A stretch of DNA of 63,998 bases, the filler included. It is 4 parts of 4 records of this genome, joined end to end, with 100 filler letters (N's around TTAATTAATTAA, not from the genome) between each part and the next. Parts side by side here need not be neighbours in the genome. Positions count along the whole stretch, not along the records: positions 1 to 21,375 come from SRR20825019_1850; 3 more parts are not named here. One strand, 5' to 3'. How positions within the stretch are numbered: position 1 is the first letter of the stretch; the number at the start of each line of letters is the position of its first letter. Below the pieces are notes generated by a model. It had not been told where the DNA came from and made no database searches. It was given only the letters and a program-made list of their open reading frames with translations. Positions 1 through 13,185 of this stretch are shown one piece after another. Made by a program: the position numbers and the translations under genes.

Positions 1-3000
1 CATCATCATCATCATAGTCGTCGTCGTCGTCGTCCCCAGCATCACTCTTGTTGTCCACGACTTGTGATTCCAGGGCAAACTTGCCGCCATTCACGTGGTA
101 ACCGCAACTTTCCCGCGAGTAGGTCTCGCAAGCTTGCTTGACGACCTCGCTCTCTTCAAGATGATTGTCTATGCGAACCCACAATCTAACAACTCCACCC
201 AATTTTCCATAACCAACGGCCGTCCAAGAACTCTCCTTAGAGTCAGGAGTGCGGTAATGCTGGGGGTACAGCGAGTAACCCTGCTCTCGTGCCAATTGTT
301 GCTCCTTCGTTGGAGGAGCAGCTAGGAGCGCAGCGCTCTGCTGATCGAAGACAACCTCAATAAGATAGTCTTCGTGGACATGAATATCCGTGCCAGCGTC
401 ACGATCACAACGTTCCCTAATAGCGCCTGTTTGAGGATCAATTGATACAGACCTTCGCGTACAATCCTTATCCGCTTCTCCCGCTCCTTTCCACAGCATC
501 CCAAAGAAAAACCGACTCCTGCAGTGGCCATTATACAGCTGACCGAAGTTGGCCAAGGTCTTCACAGGGCTTCCCCATCCCTCTTTCTTTCGTAGGTGTC
601 TCAGAGATCGGAGGTTTCTCAACTTGAAACGGGTCCCGAACTGGAAGTTCTCTGATGCTACTGGGTTGGACTCGAGCGATAGGAGATCCTTTGCGTAAAA
701 GTAAGAGGTATCTGCCTTCACACGCGAGTACATCCAACCAGGCCAATGAGACATCTTCCTAAATTCATGGTCAATAGTGCAGGCCCTGATCACTGATCCC
801 GACGCAATAGCGTCCATTGCCCATCGGGTTCTTCCCGGCGCCTTGGCCCATGCATTCTCCTCTGCTGGGCGCTCAGCAAAGTTGCAAAAGGTCTTGTCAC
901 ACAGCATGTGAAGGGCGTTGCACTTCCACGCTTCATACCGATTCTTCGTCGACCGTGCCAGTCTATCAAAGTCGACCTTGGCGTCTTGCAATTCCTTCTT
1001 CGAATCTCGTTTGACGACCCAAATCTCAACAACGATGCCTCCCCTGAAGGTATGTATACCGCCAAACTTCCATCCCGGAGTGCGGTTTAAACTGGCACAC
1101 ACTACCCCGCCTTGCAAGCAGATTTCTATATCACGAACCCGCTTCTTCTGCGTTGCCCTCTGTATCTTCAGTGGCGCATCAACCAAGAAGGTGAGAAGGT
1201 CAACAGGTTCCCCAATAGAGCACGAGCTTGGGCGAGGGGCAGAAACAGCCACCTCCCCGTTTAGTTTTGCAGGAGATTCCTCATAAACTCCAAACTCATC
1301 CTCATGAACATCCGGCCGCAGCCGGTACTCTGCCTCCGAAAAACTTGTAACCTCGTCGTGAAAAGAACGGAACACCCAGACTTCCAAGCGATCGGCGAGT
1401 GGATCCAACCCTTCTGCGGCTTCCTCAGGAGTGATCTCGTGAGAAAACACCAACGACCATCCATCCTTCATCAACTGAGCCACCTCTTCACAAACTCCTC
1501 TCATTACTCTAACCGCCAGAACCGGGTTTCCTTGGTTCTTGAATTGATTCGCAAGGATGTTGTCATCGAAGTCATCCGGAATAGCCCCGTATACCAAAAC
1601 CAGGTGCTTGTACTCCTGCACCCCACTAATGGCCCCATATAGTCCCAATGTGTACCGATTCCAGGCTTTTGTACTCATTTCTCTGGAATGGCCTGATGAC
1701 GCCACCATATATTCGTCATCCCATCTCTCTTTGACCAGCTCGTACACACCCTTGCCATACATGTACTTCGATATTTTGATATCGTATAGGAATTCAAACT
1801 TGATGTCCTCGCTTTCTCTGTACAACTCAAGTGTTTCCTTTCTATCGACTGTGCAATACTGAATGCGCTTGTGGTCATCAACGTCCAATACAGTCATCTT
1901 CTCATTGCAGACCTTCTCATAGACGTCTCGGAGCCGCATTGCCTCCTTCACCTCCTCCTCTCGATTATTCCCATACCACAAGACAGAGTCTGCAACGATT
2001 GCACGCTTCGTGCAGGCACGGCAGTACCAGATCAAAACTTCTGAGCCTTCGTTGTGAACGGCCTCTAAGGTGACCAGGGTATATCCCATTGATCGCAGGG
2101 CGGCAGCATCCTCTTCTCCTGAAAAAGATTGATTCAGCACGAGCGTAAAAAAATTGATTGGTGCGGTGTGGCCAACCTGTGCTAATCTCCAAGGTAGAAA
2201 TAGGCCCCTGGTTTGAGATAGCCTCAAGCTTGGCATACATCGGCGCTGCGTTATCCGCCCCCATCACCGAAGTGAGAGTAAGCCTTGCGACGGGCTGATT
2301 AATGGCGGTAAAGCACAGGTGCGTATCGGCTGCCAAACCCAAACCGTCAGAGAAATGAGCGACTCCTTCAAGCATCGAGGCCACTTACTGTTAAGACAAT
2401 ACTCTTCCATTTGAGCTGCCAGCGCTGACCCACTAAGGGACTCCATTTCAACCTGTTCAACGGTTTTGCCAAACATGCCGAGCTTTGTTGCATCTGTTTC
2501 AGCTTCAGGGCTGGATTCGCTGCGATGCGACGCATCTTTTCCGGCTTCCTCCGCCGACTCCACACTGCCCATGTCTCGAACTTGCGTCATAGCCTGGTGC
2601 GAAAGCAGTAGATCGTTTTCGCTCTTCGTCAAGGTGAAGATGCGGTCCATGAACGTGCATGTGTTCGCGTTGCTGTGCTCGACATACAAATTGAAGTCCA
2701 TTCGTGCCTTGAAGGAAACGTTTTCATACCGCGCCTGATCTTCCATCAGGCCAGATACGGTGGAAGCAAGCATCGTCAGTGCTCTGACAAGGCTAAGCGA
2801 CGCTACAATGTTCTCAAGAAGAATCTTGACTCCTTTTGACACAAAATCCTCCGTTCGGCTAAGGAAAAACGACACGGTGGCCACAAAGGCAGTGAGCATG
2901 TCAGCCGTCCAGAAGCTCGTCATAAGCTTTCCCGAGCGCACGTATGCGACAAGTTCGGGCAGGTCGGGAACATAAAATTCGGCGACCTCGCTTAGAGCCT

Positions 3001-3955
3001 CCTTTACAGGCTTGCCTTCCCGGACCTGTCTAACAATATATAGAATACTAGCGACTACCTCACTTCCAAGAGAAGCGGCGGCAGTGGCTATACTCGTGGC
3101 CTCGATAGCAACCTGCACGAACAGAAGTCGCTTGAGGACTTTGCTTCTCTCAATTCACAAAACATCACAACTTACATCGCTGACAATGGCGGTATAAGCG
3201 GACATCAATGCGAGGGACACACTGGATTGGATATTCGCGGTGCGCTCCGAGATGTCATTCTCTATCCTTCGGAGCATTCCTTGTACATCCTCCAAAAATA
3301 GATTCTCACCTCTACACGACCAGTTCACGGCATCTTGGACAGCACCATTTACCGTCCGCTGCAATGATAGGATGTCTAGACGAGAGTCTTAGCAAATTTC
3401 CTTCTGGCAGTCTTTTTTTAAGCAATACCTTTCTTCAGCTTGACGATCTCGCCACCAGCCACACCCGACCCATGGCTTGCTGTCACATATGCGGTCGAAG
3501 TGAACTCGTACATTCCAACCTGGAAGTGAACCTCCCGAAACTGCAGGCCAATGAGTGAAAAGGAAACACCGCGTTGCAATATTGATATATACCATAATGC
3601 ACTTATTCGACTGGTCATCGTATATCGCTTTTCGAATAGACTCAACATTGTCACGAACTTCAACGGACTTCATACGCCTGTATAGGGCAAGAACGGAGTT
3701 GGTGCTGTATAACAAAGCCGTTGCGGCCATCAGTGCCACTGCCACTGCCTCTCCAGTTTTCGCCTTTTCGGCTGTTTGAAGAAGGGCGTTGTTACTCAAA
3801 AGGGCCTTCTCATCACTGCGAACAGATGGATCCTGGGCAAAGGTTTTTCGCAGCTTATCTAAGTTTTTAAGCCCATCGGCCTCGACCGTGCATGTTTCGA
3901 GCATGAGCGCCACAATTATAAGGGCGGCGGTTGCCGCCCTCTCCCCCCGGCGCAT
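1..3955 (-). CDS. Large multi-exon hypothetical protein with N-terminal signal peptide; 3'-partial (runs off window edge)
   Basis: ORF pieces 3389-3955, 3418-3663, 3155-3364, 2264-3118 and 1965-2384 join through short GT-AG introns (e.g. 2388-2330, 2176-2119). The last exon 2118->1 is stop-free for ~700 codons by manual translation and is absent from the ORF track because it has no stop. N-terminus MRRGERAATAALIIVALMLETCTVEA looks like a signal peptide. Confidence 0.8.
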
Positions 3956-4049
3956 CGCGAAAACACAGCCTCGCAGACCACTTGATGCAAGCTCACAAAG
4001 TGTAATAAATATAGTTTTAGGACAAAAGGAAGCGGCTTAGACCACTGGG

Positions 4050-4400
4050 CCCGTTTTGCAGTCTTGCGGGCCCGCTGGCGAGGTTAGGCTGACTCTCGTA
4101 TCCACCAAACCATCGGAGTGTGGTCACAGGCCCGTCCGCATAGGAAGCATCTTCCCTCCGCACAACTTCCGCCAGGCTTCCTCAAGAAGGTACTGATCAT
4201 CAGTCCGGCCCCCGGCCCAGGAGGCGCAGGCAGCACCACGCGGCTTGGGCCGGGTCCCGTGCGAGGGCCCGGCCCGCCGGCGGAGGCCCGGCGGCGGCCG
4301 CGCGATGAGTCGGTTCGCCGGCAGGGCCGCGGATGCGTAGGCGCCGGGGCGAACCGTTTTTCGAGGCCGGTGATTGATTGTCATCATGACTAGAGATGCA
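4050..4400. promoter_or_regulatory. GC/CpG-rich island upstream of the 1-3955 gene
   Basis: Abrupt GC-rich non-coding stretch with GGCCC/GGGCC repeats just 5' of the ATG at 3955. Confidence 0.45.
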
Positions 4401-4485
4401 TTTCGCACAGGATTCGGCATGACGTCAAACTTGGGCTGATTTTGGCGTCATTGATCCTGCCTCGCCTCCTCCCAATATTCAGAGA

Positions 4486-7400
4486 TCACACATCACCACC
4501 CCGACATCGCATAACCGTGTGCACAACGAAAGCCCGAAGAATCATAGCTATAACAAGTAACACAGCAAAGTTCCACCACTTGGCCTCCAAGCTCTCCTCC
4601 TGCTGCAAGAATGAGAGGTATAATGCACTGTCGGTGTTGTGAAAATGATTGATGAGAAGCGCCGTGTAAGCATACTTCAATGGTAGGCACCAGTGGAGGG
4701 GAAGTAAATATCCTGGTATATCGTCAGGTAGTACGAATGCCCCGGCGCCAAGTGTGCTGGCGCCTATCATCAGACCGATCATCAGCTGGCACCATACTGG
4801 GTTCCCAAAGAAAAATCCGGCCGCGTAGAACATCGAGTCGAAGCACAGATGCACTAGTGCAAGTACATGAAAAAAGAAGAACCAACGCCTGATCCCACAG
4901 AGGGTTAGAATATACATCGAATAACAGGACACTTCGCGTACCCGCCATCGCCGTCTGGAAAGCTTGCAAAGTAGAATAGGGAATATATGAATGATATCGC
5001 CATAATGAGTGGGAAATTGACGAGATTGTGCCCCAGGACGTATGCAGATGTGCGCAATAGCCTCCGATCGCGTTCTTCTAGGAAAACACCGCGATCATCG
5101 CGGCCCTGAAATGGCGCCCTAATTGGTAGTGCAATAGCCGCAGCGAGCATGTACACGAGAATGAGCATAGTGGTCTGGTAGTTGCCTTGGTTTCCAGACC
5201 AAAGCAGTGTGATGGCGGCCCCAGTCCCCACAGCAATTAAAATCTGAACGATTGAATTAACATCACTTTGGTGGACTTGTAATCAACAGCGGCCATAAAT
5301 GGTAGGAATAACTTACCGAAACAATAAGAGATGTCGTGCGCATGCTGCATCAATTGTAGAGGTAAGCCACGCATTAAGACCGGGCATGCTATACATACAT
5401 TTCCAATAATTTTCTAGCTACCACTATTGCCACCTGTACGAGGAACCCAGCATGGTACTGATTCACACCAACGCAGTTGAAGGTCCAATACTTCAAATGC
5501 ATTAGCACCAGAAGGAATCCCTCAACAATCCTCCCTTTCATTTCGGAATTGGCATCGGCATCCACAGGTGATTTTCCAGCCCCTGGAGCTACGTTAAGGA
5601 CAGTCGGTTCAAGAAAGTAGCTATCTATTGCCTCATCATTGGAAGCGGTGGTGGATTTCGATGATGTTTTCATTTTCACCGGAGACACATAACTGCTCGG
5701 AGGGCCCATGGCAGGTGACAACTGCACAGATGCCTCTGAGTTTTCACCAATCTTAGCAGTTTCTGTGCCTTGTTGACTCGACGTGCGCTCCCCAAAAGCA
5801 ACCGCAAATGATCCTTTTCGCCTCCTGGCAGTATTAATATCACGTACTGATCCCTTTTGCGATGCTTTGACCAATTGAAGAACATTTCGCATAGAATCAG
5901 CTTCCAGTGAGGGAACTCCTGCATCATAGTCCCCAACCCGGAGCTGCTTCCTGTTTCTACTCACAATCATATGTACATTCTTATCGAGAACAGTTTCTTC
6001 CTTGTTCTGCTCATCGTCGACGTTTTTATCTTCACCAGGAACTACACTCTTAAGCATCGCAGCAGCAGCTTTGGATCGCGCCACAAGACCGCGCCAGAAA
6101 TCGACTATTTCGTCGGGTTTGGGCGGGCTCCTCTTTACCTCTACAGGCACAGTCTCAATATCAAACTCTCCAATTCGGAGAGAGGGTTCAGTAGCTTCAG
6201 GTACATTGGCCGCCTCCCCCTCATAATCTTCTCTAGTCTCCATATCAATCAGTTTCCTCTTCTCGATAAGATCACAGAGTGCTTCTATGTAAAAATCCGC
6301 CATGCTCCATCCCTTAGGGCAAACGAAACCTCTTGTTCTGAAAAACCTTGAGCAATCCTTCACCGATCCGGAGAAATACATCTCTCCCCTTCCCAAAAGC
6401 ATTAATTGGTTGAACCTAAAGCTACTCTTAGACGTGACAACACATGATGACGAAACGGATCATACATGCAGAATATCTGAGAATTAGGCTGATGGATGGT
6501 GCAAAGAACAATTGCGCCCTCGTCAGCGACAGATCTCAAGACGCTCATCACTTGTGTCGCGGCATGAACGTCCAATCCCCTGGTCACCTTTGTAAGCCAA
6601 CAATGTCCAAGCAATCACTGTATATCCAAAACTTACGAGGTGGGTTCCTACATCGAACGTTAGACGTAGACTCTATCAGATCATATCAAACCTACATCAC
6701 AGAATATCACTTGAGGATGAAGGAGAAGCTGGACTCCGATTCCAAGCCTTTTCCGCTCTCCACCGGACAATCTCTTCGTGTATCGGCGAGAGAGGTGACG
6801 CAGACCAAGTCTCTCGATCATAATGTCAACCTGCGCCTTCAACTCGGTAAGGTCGCCCCACTTCTCACTCCCTGAACACTAAGCGTCAGTGACTGGGGGA
6901 TGGCGCTCAAACATACAGTACCAAGTGCTGCAGCCGAAAGGAGAGTTTCCCTAACAGTCGAATGCGAGACGAAGTACTCGTCTTGTTTCATGTAGCCGAT
7001 TTTCCTTCACATCCAATGCGTCAAAAGGCACAAACTGAAAAAAATTCAGAAGTATCGCCCACCTCTGATAGGAATGATCGGCGAAAACTAAGTGTGAGCC
7101 CAAGAAAATTTCCCCTGAGCACTTGCGTTTCGATAGCACTCCTGCCAGAGTCTTCAGTAGAGTCGACTTGCCCGCACCACTCGGGCCCATGATTGCGCAA
7201 AGTGTCCCCGGCTCCAAGAAGCCATACGCTCCTTTCAAAACGAACCTGCCTTTATCTCGAAAGCACACGTTATGAAAGGCAAAGGAGCCGCACCCTGTGT
7301 TGCGCTGCGTCAACTACCGGATATATGGTTCCTGGAAGTGACTTACACTTTTCCGAGAGCGTAGATTCTGCTCGGGAGTCTCGGGCTGGTGGGCCCATGG

Positions 7401-7493
7401 CGTGTGTCGTGCCCCTTGGGGGCAGAAGCAGAAATATATTCGTACACCACAAACTAGTCATGCAGTCATAAACATACAGAGCCTAGCTAGCAT
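4486..7493 (-). CDS. ABC transporter G-family (white/ABCG-like half transporter), multi-exon
   Basis: Walker [12 protein letters not shown], signature [12 protein letters not shown], Walker B/D-loop VIFCD|EPTS|GLD (split by introns), H-loop CTIHQP, C-terminal ABC2-type TM region ([32 protein letters not shown]). Start inferred from phase-consistent introns. Confidence 0.85.
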
Positions 7494-7519
7494 GGTCAGC
7501 ACAACTACCCAAAGAGAAA

Positions 7520-8110
7520 TGGCCGCGAGCCGGTGCCCGCCTGAGACTCCAGAGCGCTACCACGTCACAAGTGCCGCGCGGCCGGGCACTCCGAGGGCCC
7601 GCCGGGGGCGTCACAGGGCCGGCGCGGCCGGGCCCGGCCGGCGACCTCACTGACAGTACCCGAACTTGTACTGTGTGACTCTAAACTTTTTTTGGATTGA
7701 TCTCCATTCAAACCTGAATAGCAAGGTCAAGGATATTAGTTATACGAAAGTTGATAATTTATAATTTCAGTATTTCAACCACTTTATTTCTGGTAGATTG
7801 CCACTGACTGACGGTTTCAACGCTCACGCCCCGGCCAAGCACGTGGGCCCACGGCCGGGCCGGGCCGGGCGCGCGCCGGCGCGTGGCTGCGAGCCTGGGG
7901 CCGCCGCCCGCGGCACCGTTCCCATCACCGACCGGGCCGCCGGGCGGCCGGGGCCCAGCGGCGGCTCTGGCGGTGCCAGAGTGTGGCAGCGCCGGGATTC
8001 CCGTCACGCCCCCCGCCCCCGGCTGCGGCAGCGGCACTGAAGAAGCGAGGAGTGCTTCCCCCAACGCAGTGGGCTGGCGCGGCCGCCGGCGCGCCTGACC
8101 ACACGGGTGA
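7520..8110. promoter_or_regulatory. GC-rich bidirectional promoter island
   Basis: Very GC-rich with tandem GGCCG/GGGCC units (e.g. 7852-7870), between divergently oriented genes. Confidence 0.45.
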
Positions 8111-8182
8111 ACTCACGGTTGGTCATCCAGTCGGGGTTCGTCGTTCCGTTCCGCATTACTCTGGCAAGAAAGCCGGAGAGAG

Positions 8183-10164
8183 TTGAGAGTCCCTCTAGGC
8201 ACGGCTGGTCGCGCTGGCCCGGCCGATGAGTCCACGGTCACCGTCAAGCATGAAGGGCCACACGAGGGACGCAGCGTTTCAACCGTGTGGAGTAGTGGCC
8301 GGCACGGGGTTGAGAGAGAGCGAGAAGCCCAACAGTTGGACAATGTTCGTATCTTCCCCGACTCAGTAGATAACGCGGCAACGAACTACGTACGCGGCCT
8401 TCTTGTGGGACACGATGTAGGATAAATACGACGATGCGTGGACAAGAGTGTTCGTGAGAATATGCCCTGCCTCCCGTGGGAATGACTATGGACAAGCCGA
8501 CGAGAGAGCCATTGTTTTTTGGTGCCAGAAAGAAGGGAGGGGCACTTCTGAGCCAACAGAAGGAGAGGAAGCCGCTGTATGGCCGCGATCCAAGTGATAC
8601 GGTTGGTCCCCATACTTGACTGATTTGTAATCAAGGTTTTGACGCCCGCCCCCACAGTCTAGGATTCGATGGCGGGCATCAGTGCCGCCCTCACTGATAG
8701 AAAAGCAATATGACATCCCCGGACTGGTCCATGAAAAGCCCATCAACGAAGGCGAGTCCATAGAAACGCCACTGGGGCGCTTGTACATTACTGCAGACGG
8801 GAAGTCACCTCGGAATATATCTCCGCCTAGGAATATATCCGAGACAGCATTTGCAGACCACACCGCAATGGATGCGGAGGTGGCTATGGCACATGGCGCT
8901 GCGTTGTCTGCCGGAAGTCGACCGGCAACGGCGCCAGAGAATGCCGTTGCAGGGTTGGGGAGGAGAAAGCGGGGCGAAGGGAGGGGAAGCCAGGGGACGC
9001 AAGCTGCTGGGCAGCATATTCGTGGTGCCAGAAGTGCCACGCCAGGGCATCCTGTGAAGGTGCAGCACGGATCAGGTTAGTTGGACAGCCTTCTATCTCT
9101 TTCGGCATGGTGGCCTTACAGTGCTGTGTGTAGAGCGTCCCTGGACAGGAGAGCAGCGTACTCGAGGGAGGCTGAGCGGACTTAATAGGAGACCGAGAAC
9201 GGCGGCTTCCGGATTCCCGATTGCACCATCGCGGTCAACGATGTCGGTTGGCAGGCAGGGAAGAGATGCCAACATGTACAGCGTCAAGTACATTGGAGTG
9301 ACCAATGGTGACTTTGGTGTGCTGTCGCGGAGAGTGGTCGTAACCAAGGAAGACCAGTCCACAAGGCCCCCGTCGACAGTATCAGGGCTCTCTGGGGCGC
9401 GACCCCCACGCTCATCCAGTCACGGACGCTCACGTGGTGCGTCGCGGTCGTCCACTGTACATACGGAAGCCCAGCAATCATCACAGGGTAACCCACCCAC
9501 GGAGCCGGCACCTCCCCCGCCAAAGCAGGCGGACACCTACCTTCCCATCAATCCGAATCCGAACAGTGGCTGGGTGGTCCATTCTCCTTTGCCAGGAAGT
9601 GCACTACCTATTCTTAAGCGGGGGGGCTTGTGGTCAAACTATGTGCAGACGCGGAATCCGGTATGTGTCTTCTTCTTCGTTCGTTGATGTCTCGTTCTCA
9701 TTTAAGTTTTCCAGGCTGAGGAAACGACGTCAGTGTTGGCAACAGATCCCATTCCATACATATCTCACAAGGGCATCATGGGCTGGAAACTCACAAGGAT
9801 TGCTGACCCATGGTCATCAGAATCTCCTCAGCCAGTTCTTCCTACACAATTCCACCACCAATCTTCGCCCACTCACTCGCCATCCCCTCCACCCGAGGGA
9901 GAGGCCCCGGTACCTGCTGAGGCAGTTGCCCCCGTAGAGGAGGAGCCAGTCATTTTGAACGCAAACCCGAACATGGTGGCGCAAGATGACGAGCATGGTG
10001 AAGACGATATGACGAAAGGAACAAGAGACTCAGTCGCCAGTGCTCCTGGGGCATCACAGCAGGAGTTGTATTTACAATATTTGAAGATGAAACAGGACTT
10101 CATCAAAAAGATGAACGTTGACCACATGATCAACGAGAAATTGGCGGCAGCAGGCTACAAGTAA
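8183..10164 (+). CDS. Multi-exon hypothetical protein (low-complexity, Pro/Ser-rich); start uncertain
   Basis: Successive + ORFs 8682-9080, 9121-9687 and 9733-10164 bounded by GT...AG intron-like segments (e.g. 9661-9714); ends KLAAAGYK*. Confidence 0.55.
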
Positions 10165-10337
10165 TATAATACACAAACAACGCAGCGGTCGTGTTGTGAA
10201 GTGATGGTTTCTTTATCACCGCTGGCCCAGATAGGCTGTTCAAGCCTCCAACGTGGGCTTGAGTGCAAGATATGAACTTGCGGACGACATGGTATACTTT
10301 TCAATGAGAGATTCGTGCCTCTCTTCCCACACATTGT

Positions 10338-12675
10338 CTAGCGCCGGTTGATGAGACCAGGCTCCACCCAGTTGGCGAACTCATCATCCGGCATCACCAC
10401 GCTGCCATCCTCAGTTACTCCTTGCAGCCCCCAAACCTCGAACTGCCTGCACTTGAACTCGTCGGACTTCGTCAACAAACAATTCCCGAAGGTGTTGCAG
10501 CTGGCAGTAGAGCCGTAGTGAAACTCACTGTCCAGCCTAAAACCGAACCCGCCTCCTCCACCCATCGCTATTGAGTCCTGTACAAAGGCGTTAATAGAAG
10601 AGAATTAATGCAACTGCGACATACATTCCGGGCAAGCATGAAATAGTTGTTCTTCTTGGTCCAGCCAAAGTGCTTGAAGCCATCATGGAAAGTGAATATG
10701 AACGACTCGCCCGTGCCAAAGTACGAGTCACTCGGGCTCCACTTTGCTGAGGCATAACCACCAAACACCTATCGATCGAGGTACTCAGCGCCCAATTATA
10801 CATCAGGAACAGGGAAACACAATACCTCTCCAGTCTTATCTTGCATTACGATCACCGTGTGATCATGTTTCGACACACGATTGTAGAACGAGTGCATCGA
10901 TGCACCATGGCGCACAACAGAGTACAAGAGCACCCATTCGGCAAACCGCTGCCGAGTCGGCAACACAGCGCGAATATGGAGGACATCGCTTCCCGAAAGG
11001 AACTCCGAAGTTCCATACATCTTGGGAATATATGATGACACGTCCTTCAACGGATCAGTGTCCCCCTTTTCAACAATGACAATATCTTCCTCGTCTAGAC
11101 TCTCATGCGGATCATGCCCAAGGGCCTTGTAGGCAGCCGTTTTCTCACTTTTGCATTCAAACATATCCATTGCAACCTCCGCACGGCTAATGCTATCATG
11201 ATGAACTCGATTTTCCAGCTTTTTGATGATTTCGCCTGCCTCCCTTTCCGGGACAAGGAAGAAACTGTAGTTTTCGTAGCTGTTGTTCTCTAGATAGAGC
11301 AGTCGTAATATCGAATGAGGTACATCCTCATTGATGATATGATAATAACCACCTCCACGAGACGACTCGGCAAGCCCCTTCATATGTTTCTTCTGCCCCT
11401 CACGGAACCCCTGCTCCTCCTCCGCCCCCAACACTCTGAAGTCAACAACCTTAAAATACAGGCATGAGATACCTCCCTAAATCACAATGGCAAGCTGCAA
11501 CATACCTCTGCAATGTCCAGGTGCATCTGAAACTCGAGTAGGCCCAGCTTTTTCACAAGGTAGTCGTCCAGCCGAGGTTCAAACACAATCATCGCCTCGG
11601 TAATGACAAGCCTCCCTCGAACATGCCCATTCTCGACACAATGTATCACATTATATGAGTCGATTTGTCGGAGTGGCCGGCCGCCACCAAGAACTTGTGA
11701 GCGAATATCATTGTCAAACCTATACTTGAATATAAGGCAACTCACACACGATTAGCACAATGAGCCCAACTCACTCTTTTGATAGCCTGTCCTTCGAGCG
11801 GTTTGGGTTCAAGGAGGACAGTCGAGTGACACTCATTCTCCTTGTTTCAGAGGCAATATCATCAATATCAGCCTCACCACCCGCACCAAGCTTGGCCCCT
11901 TGTTGGACATCCTCCAAGGAGCTCTTCCTCCGCCGTGGAACATCATCATCAGGCGTATCCACCACTGGTTTGTCCACTACGGCGCTGAGCTCCTCCTCTG
12001 AAGCCATTCTCTTCCTGTCACGGCCAAAAAAATATTAGCAATAAATCCTACCTGCTTCTCCATAAGCCAACACTTACAATGGGGGCTGGTTCTGAAGTCG
12101 CGCCATCACGGGAGAGACCATACGCTGTCTCGACGGAAGTTCCTCAGCCTTCGTGGAGCTCTCTGCGACCGGTACAACCAGAGCCTGCCCAGGAAATAGC
12201 ACAGACGCCATTCGAAGAGAGCGGTTGAGTTTCTTGATTTCAGTCACAGTAGTCTTGTACTTGACGGCGATGCCAGAGAGTGTATCTGTTGCAGAGACGT
12301 CATGTAGTTGCGTTCCACTTGGAGGTTCTATAAGGACTTGTCAGATATATGCACCACAGCCAAAGAAGCAGCCAACCCACTTCGCTCAGGCTTCTTGTTT
12401 GGGTGGTTGACAAAAGTATGCTCAATTGAAGGCTTCGTCTCCTCCAAAGGACTTGGAGCGCTATCACCACTCACTAAAACAGCCAAGTAAGACACTAACC
12501 GCTAAACTCCCAACAGCTGTAAGAACTTACGTCTCCGGCTCTTCCGTCTACTCTTTCGCCGTCCCGACTTTCCGTCAGAGAAGTCTGGTGTATTGGGGCT
12601 TCGAGGACTTGATGTGGAAGCGTGCGAGGTTCCGGCTATAGGGTCGATAGGACCAGGGCGATGAAAGTCGCTCAT
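10338..12675 (-). CDS. OXR1/NCOA7-like protein: LysM + GRAM-like + TLDc domains, multi-exon
   Basis: LysM (VSATDTLSGIAVKYKTTVTEIKKLN...LFPGQALVVP), GRAM-like (VRGRLVITEAMIVFEP), TLDc (WVLLYSVVRHGASMHSFY, FGGYASAKW, YFGTGESFIFTF, MGGGGGFGFRLD, CNTFGN, FEVWG). Confidence 0.85.
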
Positions 12676-13166
12676 GCTGCAATAGCGCCTTCCTTAGCTC
12701 TTTCTCTCTCTATAGGTTAACTGCCACACAAACGTTCGTATTACACTGACATTCCTACACAGTGCTGAGTGTCTCAGCCCTCAAGGATTGTGGGAGCATC
12801 ATATACATAAGAACGCCGTAACTGCACTTGTTCCAGTGGGCCTTGGCGGCTGCAGATGCGTTCCTGTCGGACCCTCCTTTAGGGGTGTCTGGCACACGAC
12901 CTTACACAAGCCTCTTGAAGCGGGTGCTCCGTGCCGGACGAATTTCTCATTGGCTGGCCGGTGTCGGAGGCAGGGGCCGGCACACCAGACCTCTCGGTTG
13001 GTCAGCCACCCACATGCCCGGTGGCCAGCCCCCTTCCCTTCGCGGCCGCAGGTCTTGCCGTCACAGTTTGCTGGTCAGTGGTTGCCGGTTAGTCGGCACC
13101 GGCCGCCGGCTCCCGTCGAGTCTCTGTCTGCCAGGACTGATGAGTGGACCCATGGGAAGCCGCCTA

Positions 13167-13185
13167 GTTAGGGTTAGGTTAGGGT
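13167..13185. repeat. Short interstitial telomere-like tract GTTAGGGTTAGGTTAGGGT
   Basis: Directly visible TTAGGG/TTAGG units in the intergenic island. Confidence 0.8.

Noticed and set aside
1-33. (CAT)n/(CGT)n microsatellite
   Set aside because: Encodes a poly-Asp tract in the minus-strand CDS
1-2200. Fragmented short ORFs suggesting a decayed retroelement or pseudogene
   Set aside because: One uninterrupted minus-strand frame explains the region; no RT, integrase or RNase H motifs seen
13134-13165. CTGATGA as a hammerhead ribozyme core (also at 21056 and 4197 on minus)
   Set aside because: No stem II followed by GAAA, and no matching stems I/III
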